The translations under genes and the position numbers were made by a program. A stretch of DNA of 64,000 nt from a virus. Shown one piece after another: positions 18,281 through 29,815 of this stretch. The stretch covers positions 64,001 to 128,000 of IMG/VR virus record IMGVR_UViG_3300036766_000359. One strand, written 5' to 3'. Every line of letters begins with the position of its first letter. The stretch's first letter is position 1. The notes beneath the pieces were generated by a model, which searched no databases, was not told the origin of the DNA, and saw nothing but the letters and a program-made list of their open reading frames with translations.

Positions 18281-20515
18281 TCACGCTACTTGTGTTGTCA
18301 CATCATCAGAAATAATGTCACTTACAATATTTCCGAGATTTGAATTTCGGGTCGTATCTCGTTCGTTATGGACGGCAAAAGAAAAAGCTTTGGGATCGCC
18401 AAATAAAAAGACTTTTTTCTTAGCACGAGTAATTGCAGTATAAACTAAATTCTTATACAGCATGATACCATACTGCATCGTCATTGGCATCAAGACAAAG
18501 TCAAATTCTTGTCCTTGAACTTTGTGGGCAGTACAGGCGTATGCAACTTTTAGCATACTTCGGGCTTCTTCGATTTTAAACAAGAAAACTTTGTCGATAT
18601 ATCTCGCGATAATAGAATCGTTATCGAACCAGTCAAAAACCTTAACTTCTACTTCGTCTTGTTTAATCGAAATTCGAGTAACTTTCCCGACGTCACCGTT
18701 GAAAATCATCCGATCATAATCGTTTTTCACGATCATTACGCGATCACCTTCAAACATGTCAACGTTACCATGTTTAAGTTTTGCCGCTTTTTCGGAAACG
18801 AAATCAGGGTTTAAAACCTCTCGAAGACGTTTATTGAGAGTGTCAACACCAAGTTCTCCGTCGTACATCGGAGCTATGACCTGAAAGTTCATACTCCTAT
18901 CTTTCAAGATCGACGACATTTTACATATCTCATCTGCAACTACTTCAATAGGCAGATTAAGAAATACAAATTGTGAAGACGCGTTAGTCTTCGTGTCAAC
19001 CGGTTCACCTTTCAAAATGGAGTGAGCGACGGTTATGATATCAGATTGTTTTTCTTGTCGATATACGCGGGTGAGTGAAACGTGCGGAACGTCAGAACAC
19101 TGCATAAGGTTGTTCAAGACATAACCAGCACCGACAGATGGAAGCTGAGCGGAGTCTCCAACCATAATGACAATGGTGGTAGAAGGCAAAGATGACATGA
19201 GATGATATAGAGTTGATGCGTCAACCATTGACACTTCGTCAACGATTATAGCATCCGAGTGGAAACGATTATCAGAGTTAAATTCCCAACTACCGTCCTT
19301 TTTGAACCCGAGAGCCCTGTGAATGGTGAAAGCAGGTTTCCCAGTTACTTGAGACAAACGCTTTGAAGCGATTCCGGTCGGAGACATGAGAACGTAGTGA
19401 AGACCAGCTTTCTCAAATAAGTTGACAAATGCTGAAACAAGAGTTGTTTTACCAGTTCCAGGATAACCTGAAACCACACAAAATCTTGAACGTTCAAGCA
19501 AAAGAAACGCATCACGTTGTTCAGTTGAGAACGACGTGCCGCTAGATTTTTCAAATTCACTAAGAGTGTCCCTGAGGTCACCCATCGGACGCGGAGGCTG
19601 ACGGATTATTTCAGCAATGCACTCAGCAGCAGTGGATTCATGAACCCAATGACTTGATAGATAAATGTGGTCATCAGCACTAACCACATCATCGGAGTCT
19701 TGTAGAGATTTTAAACCCAAGAAGAAGTGTGAGTCAGACATGTACTCACCATGAGAGAAAGAACTTATGGAGTTCCTTCGAAACATCTTTTTAAGTATGT
19801 ACGTCAGAATTTGATTAGATGTGCAGTATACATGCCCGTCAGATGATGACAGTTCGCGCATCGCAAACAGTATCATGGCTCGAACGCGTCTCAGGTCATC
19901 TACACCGATACCGGTTTTTTGAGCCGCGTTGTCAGCAGTAGCGAAACCGACGCCATTACACTCACATAGCCTGTAAGGGTCTGAACTAAAAATTTCTTTG
20001 GTTTTTACGCCAAATTTTGAAAAAATGTTTCTAATTTGCAAAGCATTGAAACCGAGATCTGTTAGAAAAATTGCTACGGTCCGGTTCTCAGAAGCATTAG
20101 TCCATTCTTTAACTATCGCGTCAGACTGAGTTTTAGTAAGAAAAGGTAACTGTCTGATTTGATTTGGATCATCGTTAAGAACATTAACGAGTTCATCACC
20201 CAAAGCTTCATAAAGTTTAGTGGCGGTTATCATGCCAACAGATGGAACATTGGACATGAGGTACGTAACTATGCCATTTCTACCCTTTTCTAAAATGACC
20301 TCACACCCTGTTGCACTAAACTGCTTCCCATATTTTTCGTGAGTTTCATAACCTCCAGTGAATTTAACCTTGAGGCCAGAAGATATGGAAACTCCGGGAA
20401 AAGTACCACGAACAACCGATTGACGAGCACCATCAAGAATGACCCGTAGTATGTAAAAACCCGTTTGGCGATTCTGGAATTGCACACCAGATATCTTTGC
20501 GGTAATCTGTTCCAT
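18281..20515 (-). CDS. recD2: RecD2 (RecD/TraA family) SF1B helicase
   Basis: N-terminal OB/HhH region; GYPGTGKTT, IVDEVSM, VGDSAQLPSVGAG, YRQ, AHKVQGQEF, YTAITRAK. Confidence 0.93.
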   Translation of the reverse strand: MEQITAKISGVQFQNRQTGFYILRVILDGARQSVVRGTFPGVSISSGLKVKFTGGYETHEKYGKQFSATGCEVILEKGRNGIVTYLMSNVPSVGMITATKLYEALGDELVNVLNDDPNQIRQLPFLTKTQSDAIVKEWTNASENRTVAIFLTDLGFNALQIRNIFSKFGVKTKEIFSSDPYRLCECNGVGFATADNAAQKTGIGVDDLRRVRAMILFAMRELSSSDGHVYCTSNQILTYILKKMFRRNSISSFSHGEYMSDSHFFLGLKSLQDSDDVVSADDHIYLSSHWVHESTAAECIAEIIRQPPRPMGDLRDTLSEFEKSSGTSFSTEQRDAFLLLERSRFCVVSGYPGTGKTTLVSAFVNLFEKAGLHYVLMSPTGIASKRLSQVTGKPAFTIHRALGFKKDGSWEFNSDNRFHSDAIIVDEVSMVDASTLYHLMSSLPSTTIVIMVGDSAQLPSVGAGYVLNNLMQCSDVPHVSLTRVYRQEKQSDIITVAHSILKGEPVDTKTNASSQFVFLNLPIEVVADEICKMSSILKDRSMNFQVIAPMYDGELGVDTLNKRLREVLNPDFVSEKAAKLKHGNVDMFEGDRVMIVKNDYDRMIFNGDVGKVTRISIKQDEVEVKVFDWFDNDSIIARYIDKVFLFKIEEARSMLKVAYACTAHKVQGQEFDFVLMPMTMQYGIMLYKNLVYTAITRAKKKVFLFGDPKAFSFAVHNERDTTRNSNLGNIVSDIISDDVTTQVA

Positions 20516-20532
20516 GAATAATGAAACTTACA

Positions 20533-21336
20533 TCAAGAAGCGATAGAATTAATCATTTGGTTTAAGTCATTCTCGGAAATTATATGAACACCGTGTTTCT
20601 TAGCATTTTGCATCTTAGAGCTAGTGGTGTCTAAACTATTCGTTACAAGGAATGAAAGGCCGGAACCAACGGAACTCTTAGCAACACCGCCAGCCTCCAT
20701 GATTAGTTTCTCGAGGGCTTTCCTAGGTTTTGAAGTTGAACCAGTTATGCAAAATGACTTACCGGCAAGTGGCCCGCCAGATGGCTTCTGAATATCGAGA
20801 ACCTCAGTCAACTCCAGTATAACACATCGACGTTCCTGGATGCCATCGAATACTTGTCTGGCAGTCACTTCACCAACATTTGGTACCTTTAAAAGGTCTT
20901 CATACGTAAGAGAAAGACATTTCTCAACCGTGTCATATCCCGCCTGGACAATATCGGTAGCTGTAGCAAGTGCAAAATTTGGGATGTTAAGCGAAGCGAG
21001 GAGAAGTTCAAGAGGGATTTTCTTCCCAGCATGAAGAACTTCATAACACTTCTGAGCCATCTTCTGACCTGAAGTACATGGTATCAGGTCATCGATCGTA
21101 AGCCTGTATAGGTCCGCAATCGACTGTATTCGTGGATCGTCCGGATCAGTAAGCTGGTCCACAAGGGCTTCTCCCCAATGAAGAAGCCCGAGTCTTTTGA
21201 TCCAAACTTTCACGGACCCAGCAAGTTTTGCGGGGCAAGATTTACTTCGACACCAAAGAAAGAAGCCTTCAGCGGATGTAGGTCCGTTACATACAGGGCA
21301 GAAATCTGGAATTTTGAAGTTGTCCTGGTTTCCCAT
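20533..21336 (-). CDS. ligA: NAD+-dependent DNA ligase, C-terminal subunit (Zn finger + HhH + BRCT)
   Basis: IPDFCPVCNG...CRSKSCPAKL; HhH motifs (KVPNVGEVTA); BRCT LAGKSFCITGS...SSKMQNAKKHGVHIISE. Confidence 0.88.
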   Translation of the reverse strand: MGNQDNFKIPDFCPVCNGPTSAEGFFLWCRSKSCPAKLAGSVKVWIKRLGLLHWGEALVDQLTDPDDPRIQSIADLYRLTIDDLIPCTSGQKMAQKCYEVLHAGKKIPLELLLASLNIPNFALATATDIVQAGYDTVEKCLSLTYEDLLKVPNVGEVTARQVFDGIQERRCVILELTEVLDIQKPSGGPLAGKSFCITGSTSKPRKALEKLIMEAGGVAKSSVGSGLSFLVTNSLDTTSSKMQNAKKHGVHIISENDLNQMINSIAS

Positions 21337-21374
21337 TTAGAAAAGTACAGGACAGGGTGTCAAATTTCCAAGGA

Positions 21375-22172
<798 letters not shown>

Positions 22173-22261
22173 AGGTTACCATACCGTGTTCAAACTACCT
22201 AACATCAAAGAGCAAAAAGGGCTTAGAAATGTAAATTTAGGTTGGAGAGAGTACCAGTAGT

Positions 22262-23377
22262 ATGACAAAAGACATTAACGAATTAAAATCAAATCTAAAG
22301 AGATGGCGCGAAGCATATTATAATCTTATACCGATCGTATCTGACCAAGAGTTCGATGCAGCAAAAGACGAACTTTCCAGGTTATCTCCCGACGACGAAG
22401 AGGTGATGGCTATCGGGGCAGCACCATCGCAAATATCAGTTTGGCAAAAAGTCCGTCACGAGATTCCGATGGGGTCACTCGCAAAAGCAAACTCCGAAAA
22501 AGAACTAGATGAGTGGGTGTCAAAGACACAAAATGTTGGGTCATGGGTCATCACCCATAAAATTGACGGGTCATCAATGGAACTCGTCTATCAAGAAGGT
22601 AGGTTAGTAAGATGCGTCACGCGAGGTGACGGAGTAATCGGTGAAGACGTGACGTCGAATATATCGAAAGTACCATCGGTACCAAGCTCTTTAAAAAATC
22701 CGATAAATATGATAGTCCGTGGCGAAATCGTGATGATGAAAGACGTCTTCACGAAAAAGTATGCAGAAGAATATGCCAATCCGCGCAATACAGCGGCTGG
22801 AAAAGTACGAGAGAAGAAAGGCGAGGGAGAAGCATGTAGAGACTTAGAGTTCCTCGCTTATTGGGTTCATTTTGAGAAGTCTGAGCAGCCAGAAACACTG
22901 TTTTTAGCAATGGGACTACTTGATGAAAATGGTTTCAAAACTCCGCCGTTCACGAAAAGTAAAGAAATAGACTCCATAAAGAAAATATATACTCATGAAG
23001 CTTCAAGAAGAGACGAGATTCCATATGAAATAGATGGTATGGTAATCTCAATCGATGATCTTAGCGTCATCGAAGAAATGGGGTCTATTAACGGACGTCC
23101 ACGAGGTCAAATAGCGTGGAAGTTTGACCCGGCAATGCGAGAAACTAGGATAATAGACGTGAAGTGGCAAGTCGGAAATTCAGGCCGGATTACGCCTGTG
23201 GCTGTAGTGGAACCAGTAGATGTAGGAGGCGTTACAATCACGAATGTGTCCCTCCATAATTTGTCGTTATTTCACGATCTTAAACTAAATCAGGGAAATC
23301 GAGTACTCGTGTCACGTCGCAATGACGTAATACCTTACTTGGAACGAGTTTTGAAAGACGACATTTCGGATACTTAA
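22262..23377 (+). CDS. ligA: NAD+-dependent DNA ligase, N-terminal subunit (Ia + adenylation + OB domains)
   Basis: YYN..P.VSDQEFD; PMGSL; active-site KIDG; TRGDG..GEDVT; ANPRNTAAG; YEIDGMV; AWKF; VGNSGRITPVA; ends RRNDVIPYLERV. Confidence 0.92.
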   Translation: MTKDINELKSNLKRWREAYYNLIPIVSDQEFDAAKDELSRLSPDDEEVMAIGAAPSQISVWQKVRHEIPMGSLAKANSEKELDEWVSKTQNVGSWVITHKIDGSSMELVYQEGRLVRCVTRGDGVIGEDVTSNISKVPSVPSSLKNPINMIVRGEIVMMKDVFTKKYAEEYANPRNTAAGKVREKKGEGEACRDLEFLAYWVHFEKSEQPETLFLAMGLLDENGFKTPPFTKSKEIDSIKKIYTHEASRRDEIPYEIDGMVISIDDLSVIEEMGSINGRPRGQIAWKFDPAMRETRIIDVKWQVGNSGRITPVAVVEPVDVGGVTITNVSLHNLSLFHDLKLNQGNRVLVSRRNDVIPYLERVLKDDISDT

Positions 23378-23481
23378 TTTTATATGTCATGTATGGGACT
23401 AAGTTAACTGTTGGCTCAATAAAATTCATAAATTTAACCACCTCAGTCTGAGAACGATTCCGTGGAAAATATTGAAAAATA

Positions 23482-23661
23482 ATGAAACCCGAAAATATGG
23501 TAGTTGGACAAATCGTCGGTGAGGTCGAGGACCCGGAGAACTGGGGTAGACCATATGAAATTGAACATCGACTCAAATATCATAAAGAACGAACAGCATC
23601 AGGCAAATACCAGCGTGAAACAACAAGTATTGGAAAACATCCAAAACAGCGGAAAATATGA
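23482..23661 (+). CDS. Small hypothetical protein (59 aa)
   Basis: Manually translated MKPENMVVGQIVG...KQRKI*; the stop overlaps the macrodomain start as ATGA. Below the ORF-track size cutoff. Confidence 0.55.
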   Translation: MKPENMVVGQIVGEVEDPENWGRPYEIEHRLKYHKERTASGKYQRETTSIGKHPKQRKI

Positions 23662-24125
23662 TTACATACCATAAAGGCGATGCGACTGACCCAGTTGGGT
23701 CGGGTCAAAAATACGTAATCCATATATGTAATGACTCCGGTGGGTGGGGTCGTGGATTCGTTTTAGCAATATCAAATAAATGGAAAGAACCCGAAAAAGC
23801 TTATCGCGAGTGGTATAAAGAAAAATACTCACATTCATGCGGACACTTTAAATTAGGTAGCATACAACTAGTTAAAGTGAGTCAGGACATAGCAGTCATT
23901 AACATGATTGCTCAAGAAGGATATGGGTCGGGAAATCGACCGCCAATTCATTATGACGCTTTAGAACAATGCTTGGAAAAAGTATTCGTATCTGCAAAAG
24001 TTTGTGAAGCTTCGATCCACGGTCCAAGATTTGGAACTGGACTTGCTGGAGGAAGTTGGACTCGAATAGAACCAATTATTGAACGAACAATGAGAGAACT
24101 GTCAGTAACCATTTACGATCTGTAA
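23658..24125 (+). CDS. Macrodomain protein (Poa1p/TARG1/DarG-like ADP-ribose processing)
   Basis: ITYHKGDAT; HICNDSGGWGRGF; VINMIAQ; PRFGTGLAGGSW. Confidence 0.88.
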   Translation: MITYHKGDATDPVGSGQKYVIHICNDSGGWGRGFVLAISNKWKEPEKAYREWYKEKYSHSCGHFKLGSIQLVKVSQDIAVINMIAQEGYGSGNRPPIHYDALEQCLEKVFVSAKVCEASIHGPRFGTGLAGGSWTRIEPIIERTMRELSVTIYDL

Positions 24126-24134
24126 ATGATTGAT

Positions 24135-24392
24135 CTAGTTTTCGCCATCCGTCTGAGCTTTCTCTATCATTTTTTCGATGACTTCCATCGCGTCAAAAGC
24201 AACACAAGACATGCGAACACGTCTCCCGAGAAGAGAACGTAAAAGTTCCTGACTCGAAAAAGCGGTGCCGTCGTCGTCAACGAGCACGAGTTCACCAGTT
24301 TCATGATCTAGGTGAACGGTCCCATCAACGATGGAACCGGCATCATACCCATGAGTAAATCTGTCTCGTTCGTTATCGTAGCGAAATTTCAT
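24135..24392 (-). CDS. Hypothetical protein
   Basis: 85-aa ORF with GGAG SD-like sequence upstream. Confidence 0.65.
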   Translation of the reverse strand: MKFRYDNERDRFTHGYDAGSIVDGTVHLDHETGELVLVDDDGTAFSSQELLRSLLGRRVRMSCVAFDAMEVIEKMIEKAQTDGEN

Positions 24393-24516
24393 GCAGCTCC
24401 TTGTTCATGCGCTTTAGGGAAATTCAACCGAGCGAACTCCCCAAAACGCTTTCTCGCCGCATCATCATAAACACAAGCAGCATGGATCGTATCAGTTAGT
24501 TATGGAATCAATTATC

Positions 24517-27372
24517 CTACGAACATCCTGTCGTCGTACCACAAGATGAACATAGATAACACGAACCATTGCGTTGAGTCATGTTACCACATCGAGTGCA
24601 AGGCGGACCACCAAGATTCTTACGTGCTGGTTTAATCGGGATAGCGGAAGAAGGTGAGGGAATAATTGAACGAAAGACATCAGAATCAGGATCTTTGGAA
24701 ATACTTTCATTAATGTCTTCATGAGAATCATCAACGGTTCGTGTTAAGCCAGAGTACTCACCACCGTAATAATGGACATCGAGAACCTTGAACATGTAAT
24801 CATACAAACTCTTGGCAAACCGAACGTTCTTGTTTGTCGTTATGCCGGAAGGTTCAAATCGAGTATCGATGAAACTAATTATCAATTTTGGAAGCGGAAT
24901 TCCATACTGAATGGCAATAGAACAAAGTTGAGTAAAACCATCAATAAGACCAGAAACGGTGCTTCCTGGTTTACCGAGTTTAAGAAAGATCTCACCAGGA
25001 CGACCATCGGGATACTCACTAACTATGAGATATCCTTTATAACCATCAATTTCAAATTTATGACGCCAACTTTTAACATCTGACGGCATTTTCTCACGAT
25101 AGACGACAGGTACTTCTCGGATTACTTCTTGGATCCTAACTTCAGCCTCTTTCAAAGCTGCTTGTATTACAGGATCTTTAGCTTCCTTCGTAACGAGAGG
25201 CTGAGACGCCTTACACTTGTCACGATATAAGGCAATGCACTTTAATCCGAGACGCCATGATTCTTCATAAATTTTGGCGATCTCGTCTGAAGTGACGCCT
25301 TCAGGAAGATTAACTGTCTTACTCATTGCACATGTGATGAGAGGCTGTATTGCCGCCATCATCTTAATATGTGCCATTGGCGATAAATAACGTCCGGAGT
25401 CACCAGAAGGCATCGCGGTGTCAAAAACTGGAAGGTGTTCATCTTTCAGTCCAGGAGCACCATCAATCGTATCATGAGATTCAACGTACTTACATATCTC
25501 ATCAACTTCATCTTTTGAATAACCGAGATTAACGAGTGCCTCGCGAACTCCAAAGTTCACGAGCTTCATCACGCCGCCACCGACGAGAGACTTATATGAA
25601 ACAAGAGAGAAAGCCGGTTCAATGCCGGTCGTGTTCATACCCATCAAGAACGAGATTGTCCCAAGTGGCGCTTGAAGGGTAGCTTGTGAAACATTATACC
25701 CATACTTCTCACCAAGAGATATAGATTCACGCCAAATATCAGCAGACAAAGATGCTATATCATCACTGATTGGATCTTTTGAAAGATGCCAACGTTCAGT
25801 GATCTTCGTGTCTGCTTCCTGATGCATTCGCATGACACGAAGCATATCATCACGGTTCTTTTCATATTCTGAAAAAGTTCCGATTCGAGCTGCCATTTTT
25901 GACGAAGTTAAATATACGACTCCAGTCATGAGTGATGCCATTCGAGCTGCAATGGCACGACCTTCATCTGAATCGTAACCATAACCAAGATTCATTATTA
26001 GGGCACCAAGGTCACCATAGTTAGACCCGATCGGACGAAGTTTGTGTGAGTTAGAAGTTATCTCATCGGTCGGATAAGAAGCCTTCGCTATGATGGCCAT
26101 TTGTGATGTGCTAAAGATCCTGGTAGCCTGAATGAATCTATCAGCAACAAACTTACGACCGTCAAAAAACTTCGTCAAATTAATCGCGCAAAGATTACAA
26201 GCGGTGTTATCAATATGGAGGAATTCAGCGCACGGATTTGAGGCACGAATGCGACCACTCTTTGGTGTAGTGTGCCATTTGTTTATATTATCAGAAAACT
26301 GGATACCTGGGTCACCACATTTCCAAGCAGCGTCGGCAATTTCATGCCAAAGCATGCGAGCATTGTAGTTGTGAACTATCTTCCCGCCCTTACGTTCGCG
26401 GGTTTGCCAGGTCCCATCATCAAGCATGGATTGCATGAATGCATCAGGAACAGAAACTGAGTGATTAGCATTCTGGTACGGAACGATCTTATACGCACCA
26501 TTCGGGTTGTCGTATTCAGATGAATAACCAATCGATACAAGATCGTGAGCTAACTTTTCCGCCCAAGATTTGCATGAAATAAAACCAGGGCGACCATCAC
26601 GAGTTTCAAGAATGTCAGGATGGTCCATATCCATCACGACCATCTTGGCTGCATTTCTTGTAGCTCCACCAGATTTCATGGAACCGGCATAAGCGTTGTT
26701 ACCTTGCATCCAAGACATCGGGCCGGAAGTGTACGAACCTGCAGAAATTTTTTCATAAGAAGACCTGAGGTTTGATAAATTTGCCCCAGACCCTGATCCA
26801 CCACGAAAAATTGCAAGCTCAGACGCTTGAAAATGCATTATATCGTCAAGAGAGTCTTCAATGCCGGATATGAAACATGCGGAAGCAGTTTGCTCTCGCC
26901 CATCAATTCCGAGATTAAACCAAACAGGAGAATTGAAAGCTCCGTACTGATGCAATAACGCGTAAATGAGCTCTTCTTCAAAAACCTGTTTGTCTTGAAC
27001 AGTATTGAAAAATTTTTGATCAGAAGCCCAGTCACGAATCGTAGAACAAACGCGAGTGAATATCTGTTTTACAGAATTCTCACGTACACCACCAACGACA
27101 CGAAAATACTTATCTGCGACAACATTAACATTATTTTGGGTCCACCAAGCAGGGACCTCGATATCTTTTTGTTCAAAAATTATTTCGCCTTTACCGCTTC
27201 GAATGCAGGCATCAACAATTTTCCATTCAATTTGATCGAATGGATGAATACCTTCAGAGGTAAAAACACGAGGCCAATGTCCGGCTTCACGTGAAACAAT
27301 ATCTTTGCTTGACAACAAAGTCTTGTTAATACTAACAACCTGCGCGTCAGAAGTTACACTAGCGTTCGACAT
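24517..27372 (-). CDS. nrdJ: Class II (adenosylcobalamin-dependent) ribonucleotide reductase
   Basis: FNSPVWFN, SACFI, SNPCAE, APLGTISF..TTGIEP, SKTVNLP; C-terminal TSCPD region and Zn ribbon CTRCG...CYLCSSCG. Confidence 0.95.
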   Translation of the reverse strand: MSNASVTSDAQVVSINKTLLSSKDIVSREAGHWPRVFTSEGIHPFDQIEWKIVDACIRSGKGEIIFEQKDIEVPAWWTQNNVNVVADKYFRVVGGVRENSVKQIFTRVCSTIRDWASDQKFFNTVQDKQVFEEELIYALLHQYGAFNSPVWFNLGIDGREQTASACFISGIEDSLDDIMHFQASELAIFRGGSGSGANLSNLRSSYEKISAGSYTSGPMSWMQGNNAYAGSMKSGGATRNAAKMVVMDMDHPDILETRDGRPGFISCKSWAEKLAHDLVSIGYSSEYDNPNGAYKIVPYQNANHSVSVPDAFMQSMLDDGTWQTRERKGGKIVHNYNARMLWHEIADAAWKCGDPGIQFSDNINKWHTTPKSGRIRASNPCAEFLHIDNTACNLCAINLTKFFDGRKFVADRFIQATRIFSTSQMAIIAKASYPTDEITSNSHKLRPIGSNYGDLGALIMNLGYGYDSDEGRAIAARMASLMTGVVYLTSSKMAARIGTFSEYEKNRDDMLRVMRMHQEADTKITERWHLSKDPISDDIASLSADIWRESISLGEKYGYNVSQATLQAPLGTISFLMGMNTTGIEPAFSLVSYKSLVGGGVMKLVNFGVREALVNLGYSKDEVDEICKYVESHDTIDGAPGLKDEHLPVFDTAMPSGDSGRYLSPMAHIKMMAAIQPLITCAMSKTVNLPEGVTSDEIAKIYEESWRLGLKCIALYRDKCKASQPLVTKEAKDPVIQAALKEAEVRIQEVIREVPVVYREKMPSDVKSWRHKFEIDGYKGYLIVSEYPDGRPGEIFLKLGKPGSTVSGLIDGFTQLCSIAIQYGIPLPKLIISFIDTRFEPSGITTNKNVRFAKSLYDYMFKVLDVHYYGGEYSGLTRTVDDSHEDINESISKDPDSDVFRSIIPSPSSAIPIKPARKNLGGPPCTRCGNMTQRNGSCYLCSSCGTTTGCS

Positions 27373-27381
27373 GTTACCCCA

Positions 27382-28296
27382 CTATTTAACATTATTTACC
27401 TCTTCTGACATCCGAATAATTTCAGATTCTAATCCAAAACGAGCTGATCCATCACCACGTTTATGCGCGATATCAAGATCACAAAGAGTACCGAGACTGG
27501 TCATAAGAAACTTCGTTGTCCATAAGTCTAGCCTTGTCAATAACAGTTTCTTAAGAATGAATGGATGAACACCAATAGATTTCGCCACGTCTCCAGTAAG
27601 ATTAAGCTCAAATGACTCACGAAGCTTTAGTTGCTGCACTACGTGACGTTGCATGTAAGCGATAATCCATCCGGTTTCATCAGCTCTTTCTTGAAGTTTA
27701 TCCAAATAAGCAATAGCTTTGTGTGTGTGACCGTCACATATGGCGTCAATAATGTCACGCGGGGTAACCTCTGTAGAAAAAACAATGAGAGATCGGGCTT
27801 CATCAGGAGAAACGATAGTACCAGGGGGAACAGATGCGGCAATTTTTTCGATTTCACGATGAAGCTTTCGCAGACACGTTCCTGAGTTCACAAAAAGAGC
27901 ACCCGCAATTCTGTTTAGATTTATGTTGAAAAAATCACCTTCCCTGATGATCCACTTAACGACATCATTATTATCCTGGAATGATTTCAATTTCGGAAAT
28001 ACAAAAGAACGTTTAGCTCGTTTATCTTGAAGGATGCGCTTTCCTGGAGGAGCAACACAGATAATGGTGTCCAATTCAGATCCAGGCAGAACGGGGATAT
28101 CCTTCACCCCCCATAAGATGAAGACACGGGATTTACCAGACATAAACTGAGTTTGAGAGTCATGTATATAAGACTCAAGATCATCTGGAATGTTATACTC
28201 AAAAGTTTCAGAAGCAAGAGACGAAAGCGCTTCCCGCCTCGCCTCCGTTTCCGATAAAAAGTCTTCTTCCCCGCTGATAAGAATTAACGAAGACAT
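27382..28296 (-). CDS. holA: DNA polymerase III delta subunit-like
   Basis: LILISGEEDFL at the N-terminus; L..EIEKIA; C-terminal GVHPFILKKL...LCDLDIAHKRG...LESEIIR. Confidence 0.75.
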   Translation of the reverse strand: MSSLILISGEEDFLSETEARREALSSLASETFEYNIPDDLESYIHDSQTQFMSGKSRVFILWGVKDIPVLPGSELDTIICVAPPGKRILQDKRAKRSFVFPKLKSFQDNNDVVKWIIREGDFFNINLNRIAGALFVNSGTCLRKLHREIEKIAASVPPGTIVSPDEARSLIVFSTEVTPRDIIDAICDGHTHKAIAYLDKLQERADETGWIIAYMQRHVVQQLKLRESFELNLTGDVAKSIGVHPFILKKLLLTRLDLWTTKFLMTSLGTLCDLDIAHKRGDGSARFGLESEIIRMSEEVNNVK

Positions 28297-28306
28297 GAAA
28301 AAGACA

Positions 28307-29116
28307 TTACACTCGAGTATCCGCTATCATTCTTGTCCAGTGAATTTCAGCATTAGCAGAAGTTGAACTAGAAAGAACACTACAAAATTTAAGAATTGGC
28401 AGCGATGCTGAGTGATCATGGAAGAATTGTTTACATGCGTAACGGATAACATGCATTATGGCATCCCTCGTGTCATTATGACCGTTTTCAAGATCGCAAA
28501 TAACCCTAGGTGGTTTAGTCATAATAGATACTTCACGTTTAGCTACGGAAACAATAGAATCATATAACTCGTCAAACCCACCATTTTCTACGATAATACG
28601 GTATAACTCGGGTAATCCCATGGCCATTTTGATGGCCGTGTCGGATACGGGTAAAAGAAGAGAAGATGCATACTCATACATCTCATCTAAGGAAACATGA
28701 TCCCACCTGAGTTCCGATCGAATTCTTGACGCTAGAGCTGGCTGTAAAGCCCCGACATCATAAGCTACGAGAACAATAGAAAGTAAACTCGGAGGGCTTT
28801 CTAGAAGCTTTAAAAGTGCATCCTGTGATGGTTCTGAGAGTCGATCAGCGTTATCAACGAGAATAACTTTCACTGAGCTGCCAACCGGACTCGTCATAGA
28901 AAATTCTACAACCTCACGAGAGCCGTCAACGCCCGGTTCCATTTCAATGAAATCGGCCTCATGAAGTTCATTCCGATATAATTCTACGGCGACCGATTTC
29001 TGACCAAGAAATCGGTCGCCAACAAGAGCAACAACCGTCGATCGGTGTCTAGCTAGTTGGGTCGGAATCGTTAGATCCCGAAGCGAGGATTGGAGTTTCT
29101 GGTTCCCAGGTATCAT
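28307..29116 (-). CDS. holB: DNA polymerase III delta-prime subunit-like
   Basis: Degenerate Walker A (GDRFLGQKSVA); KVILVDNADRL..PSQDALLKLLESPP; LASRI. Confidence 0.8.
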   Translation of the reverse strand: MIPGNQKLQSSLRDLTIPTQLARHRSTVVALVGDRFLGQKSVAVELYRNELHEADFIEMEPGVDGSREVVEFSMTSPVGSSVKVILVDNADRLSEPSQDALLKLLESPPSLLSIVLVAYDVGALQPALASRIRSELRWDHVSLDEMYEYASSLLLPVSDTAIKMAMGLPELYRIIVENGGFDELYDSIVSVAKREVSIMTKPPRVICDLENGHNDTRDAIMHVIRYACKQFFHDHSASLPILKFCSVLSSSTSANAEIHWTRMIADTRV

Positions 29117-29245
29117 GTTGAAGTTGAATAGATGTTTTAACGATCGAAATCGTTATTTTGAAAGTACACCTACAACCAACACACACAAATATACCAGGAA
29201 GACCCGTCGACTCCAAGTTAGAACTGTCATCAGGACAGTATAGGA

Positions 29246-29443
29246 TCAAGTAGAAAAGCTCCCGCCGATCGGAACTGTCCAGGAATAATTACACAGTGTG
29301 CAACGGAATTGCACATGTTGAGAACCATCCGGCGTGAGTTTGTAAGCTTGCATACCGTTACATGATTGTCCGTGGGTAACAAGGTCACTTCCACGACGAC
29401 ATTTCATGTGGATAATAGGATGATCTGGTTTTTCAGCGGTCAC
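29246..29443 (-). CDS. Small Zn-ribbon-like protein
   Basis: Cys pattern C...C...CTLC; GTGA overlap with the upstream gene. Confidence 0.55.
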   Translation of the reverse strand: MTAEKPDHPIIHMKCRRGSDLVTHGQSCNGMQAYKLTPDGSQHVQFRCTLCNYSWTVPIGGSFST

Positions 29444-29811
29444 AGTTCACCTCGTCCAGCAAACTCTACCGCAAGATAAGGAGAAATGCGATCCTTCAAG
29501 TCTTGAATAGACTCTGACTGAAAAGCTGAAGCGCGTCCTGGACTAGTTCCCTGCATGAACAACTTCGCTATATTCTGACATATGGTGAAGTCTTCCTCTC
29601 GAAGAACAAATTTTTTCTTAACATACGAATAATGCGTAATGATTATTATATTTTTGGCACCATCAGGACTTAGTGCCAAAATGTAAGAAATATAAAACTG
29701 TCCGGTTATCAGACCAACGATAACATCGGGATAATCTCTAAGTATTACATCAAGAAATGGTGGTCTATCTAGATGGCCGTTTAGAACTCTATCTGCACGA
29801 GTCCCATCCAT
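29440..29811 (-). CDS. Hypothetical protein
   Basis: 123-aa ORF in an operon-like chain. Confidence 0.6.
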   Translation of the reverse strand: MDGTRADRVLNGHLDRPPFLDVILRDYPDVIVGLITGQFYISYILALSPDGAKNIIIITHYSYVKKKFVLREEDFTICQNIAKLFMQGTSPGRASAFQSESIQDLKDRISPYLAVEFAGRGEL

Positions 29812-29815
29812 GCCA

